From positions 5,830,411-5,894,410 of the forward strand of contig NW_002060948.1 in assembly GCF_000150275.1 (NCBI RefSeq): DNA of 64,000 bases. The letters run 5' to 3'. A model generated the notes under the pieces. The model was not told the DNA's origin and did no database searches. It saw nothing but the letters and a program-made list of their open reading frames with translations. Origin of the DNA: Trichoplax adhaerens. Lineage: Eukaryota; Animalia; Placozoa. The translations under genes and the position numbers were made by a program. Below, piece after piece: positions 61,162 to 64,000 of the stretch (position 1 is its first letter; each line of letters begins with the position of its first letter).

Positions 61162-64000
61162 TTCTTGGATGGTCTACAGTACACAGTACTGTAGTTTACA
61201 CTCAGTGACACAGCGGGTCACCCATTGGTTAATGAAGTTACTGCGGTTCATTACAGTACAGTCCAGTACAGGAGAGGACTGTCCTATGCGGACATACAAT
61301 ATGCACATTCTTCAATGCTATACACTGCATGCTGAGCGTATCGAATCGACCAGGTGGTGATGAGGTCGCCTGTGTGGCCACCAGTAACGCTTGACCTTTG
61401 CTAGGATCTGTACCAGGCACCAGCGAGATACTAGTAGACTGTCGAGGTCTCCAGTCTACTGTCAACAAAACTCTCAAATCAAGGACAACATCAACAAAAA
61501 CAACTGCAAGGTTTCTTTCGATCAGGTAAGCAAATTAAACTGTGGAAATTCAATTCTTCTTCATCTACTCTCTTTTGCCGGTTGTTAGCTAGAATGGACA
61601 ACATGGTGCGATTAAGGCACCATTGATTAGGATCGTAATTCGTCAAACCAGTAGTAGATCTTGTCAGTTTGTTCGATCCACTTGTTGTCTTTCGTGGGTA
61701 CATGGAGTATTGCGCTAGTTTGGATAATGGATAAACTGGACGTTGATGCACTTGAAGAATTGACAATCATACATTTTTTAGGCGTTTCTTCTATGTATTA
61801 ACCAAGGGAAAAGGTGTCTTAATGCTATTATTAGCAACAGAAACTACCAAGTGCTAATCACCATGGCCAATGTTGTGCTAATGTGATGGATACAATCACC
61901 TTGAAACGATCCAAAAAGTCCAGCCGCTACAGTAACTAGTCCAAACCGTTCTACAGTATATTGGCCAATGACGATCTTCTCCATCGTGTAGTGCATTAGC
62001 CAATGGCCATTCTTGCATTTCGAAAGCACGAATTTGCTTTCGATAACTTGCGATGATAGAATAATCGATAGGAAGGACTGTATGCAGAGTCAAGAAACAG
62101 CCATGATGGGCAGTCAATGTCTGAGAGGAACAGTTTACTGCCCAAGATGGACACATTGTAAATTAATTGGCAATCAGTGAAATGGACGGCGTAAAATCCT
62201 CCTTCCAAATGCCTCATCAACACACTATCTAAACGGTCGAGGCCATTCGTAGCTAGACAGTAATAGCTGTCGAATGGACATGTAAAGATTGTACGACTCA
62301 TTTGGTAATGATGTAATCACTTCGATCTACTGTAGGCAATGTTAATCACCATGACGTTGACAACATAATCCTTTCAAAGGCCTTTTCCACTCTTTCTTGA
62401 CGGTCTAGGCCGTTCTATATAACGTAACTTGACGGTGATACTTGACAAATTGACTGCTGCGTAAACATTGAAAAACTCATTTTATTATTGTACAAGAAGT
62501 TCGATTGGCTATGAGGAAATATTCATCAGCCTTATATTACCAAAGTAGTTCTTTCAAAGGCCTTTTTACACTCTATCTTTACGGCTTAGGCCGTTCTATA
62601 TCATAGCTACAAACCAACAATGTCTAACATTCTTTTATGACCTTTCCAATGTCAGCTAGGCTACAAAATAAAACGACATGACGTTGAAATCAAAGAGTAT
62701 CGAAGCTGCAACTTCCGCTAATGCGGCTATGACTCGCTCACTCAAAGTCGTTTTCGACTTATCCTGTGCCACCCTGGTATTTTCCGTTGTTATTTTTACT
62801 TTGACTTTAGCAGGCTTGTTTTTTAAGCCCGTTACCGTCTTCACTGTTGGAACACTACTATTTTTCCATGGCTTTTGGGTTTCAGTACCGGTAAGTAGCT
62901 TAATTGTAACTTATTATTAGTTTACGGAGTAGTTTGAAAACTTGGTACAGATTAAAAGAGTACTTTTAATATACAGGAACTCAACTTTTAAGCACTATTT
63001 ATGGGCAATGAATTTTCATTTTTCCAGTTTTAATTCGTAGTTAATTAAAATGGCAGATATTCGACCTTTTCTATCTTTAGATACGATAAGTTGTTAAAAA
63101 AATTGATAGTGTTCTATAAAAGATGAAGACACAATCTGGACGTAGTGTAGCTTACTTTCAAGTCCTCTCATTCGTAGTAGAAGATGGCACTACTTTATCC
63201 TTAGTTATGACAAGCCGTGCTTGACAACTTATACCTGTGAGGCATATCCGTAATCGCACTAGCTATGTATAGCGTAGTTTATTCCCTTCTAGTTAGGGCT
63301 ATATCTTGTGCGCAAAGTAGTTTCAAATTTTACATACCAGTATTCTGCTATTATTTGTCTACTAAAGAATTACGACAAATTTATTATAGTACATATACTA
63401 ACACAATTTTTGATTACTGATGGCACGAATATAATAAAGATGTTTATTACCAGCGTTTTGGGCATGTGTGGATATGAAAAAGGTGTTTACAAACATTGCC
63501 CGGTATGTAAATATTCTAAACTGATCGGTTTTAACTAATGCTTACCTCGTTAAGTTTACAATAATATCCAATAAAGTGGATATGTCAACAGTGTCAAAAA
63601 TACTTTAAGCTCGTCGTTACGCTTGAACAGATGCTTTGATAAAATGAGCTCGTATAAATTAATGCAGCTAGCTAAAACATTTATTTTGTGGAGCTACACA
63701 AGTATAATGTATGAATATAATCATTTAGTGGCAGTTGATAAATCAAAATCAATTACTAAAAGCATTTAATCACAAAATTTATATCAAAAGTCATGACCAT
63801 AATTCCATTTCGGAAGGAAGTAATTAATAACATGCCAAGACTCAAAAAAACTGATCGCTATCGATGGGATTATTTCTATACACTTATATAATTTACGAGC
63901 CGATTTCGTTTTCTATATTAATCGTAGGCAACAGCTCATTTAGTCTTTGCCATCATAACTGCTATTGCAGTTCTTGCTGGTTTGGCCATTTTAGTCATGA

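Noticed and set aside
62656-62920. Lys/Thr-rich ORF (-) and its hydrophobic antisense ORF (+) as genes
   Set aside because: Short, no recognisable domain or splice partners; probably part of the decayed island.

Overview
AT-rich eukaryotic DNA with many short GT-AG introns. The style fits the placozoan Trichoplax adhaerens, but the species call is inference. I spliced six gene models by hand: (1) a 22-exon TANGO1/cTAGE5 (MIA3/MIA2)-family gene on + (1725-5392) with no lumenal SH3-like domain; (2) a convergent AIDA-family gene on - (7926-15041) that seems to encode only the C2 domain and has a 6.2 kb first intron; (3) a 17-exon MARK/Par-1 kinase on - (30075-37445); (4) WDR25 on + (43307-45813); (5) a ~100-aa orphan coiled-coil gene on - (46576-47679); (6) an MS4A/CD20-like four-TM gene on - (54926-57838). 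Non-coding DNA holds many decayed local tandem duplications, a non-autonomous Helitron (21016-21898), a ~145 bp fold-back and two decayed coding-like islands (~38-43 kb and ~59.5-62.9 kb). Two observations stand out. First, dense and tandemly stacked TA(CWG/CSG)TA motifs match Tc1/mariner excision footprints, with filled-versus-empty evidence inside the window. Second, the tail-to-tail MIA3-AIDA pair near a MARK gene mirrors human 1q41. No prokaryotic-type system (CRISPR, operon, retron) is supported. All identifications come from manual translation and recalled family motifs, not database searches.
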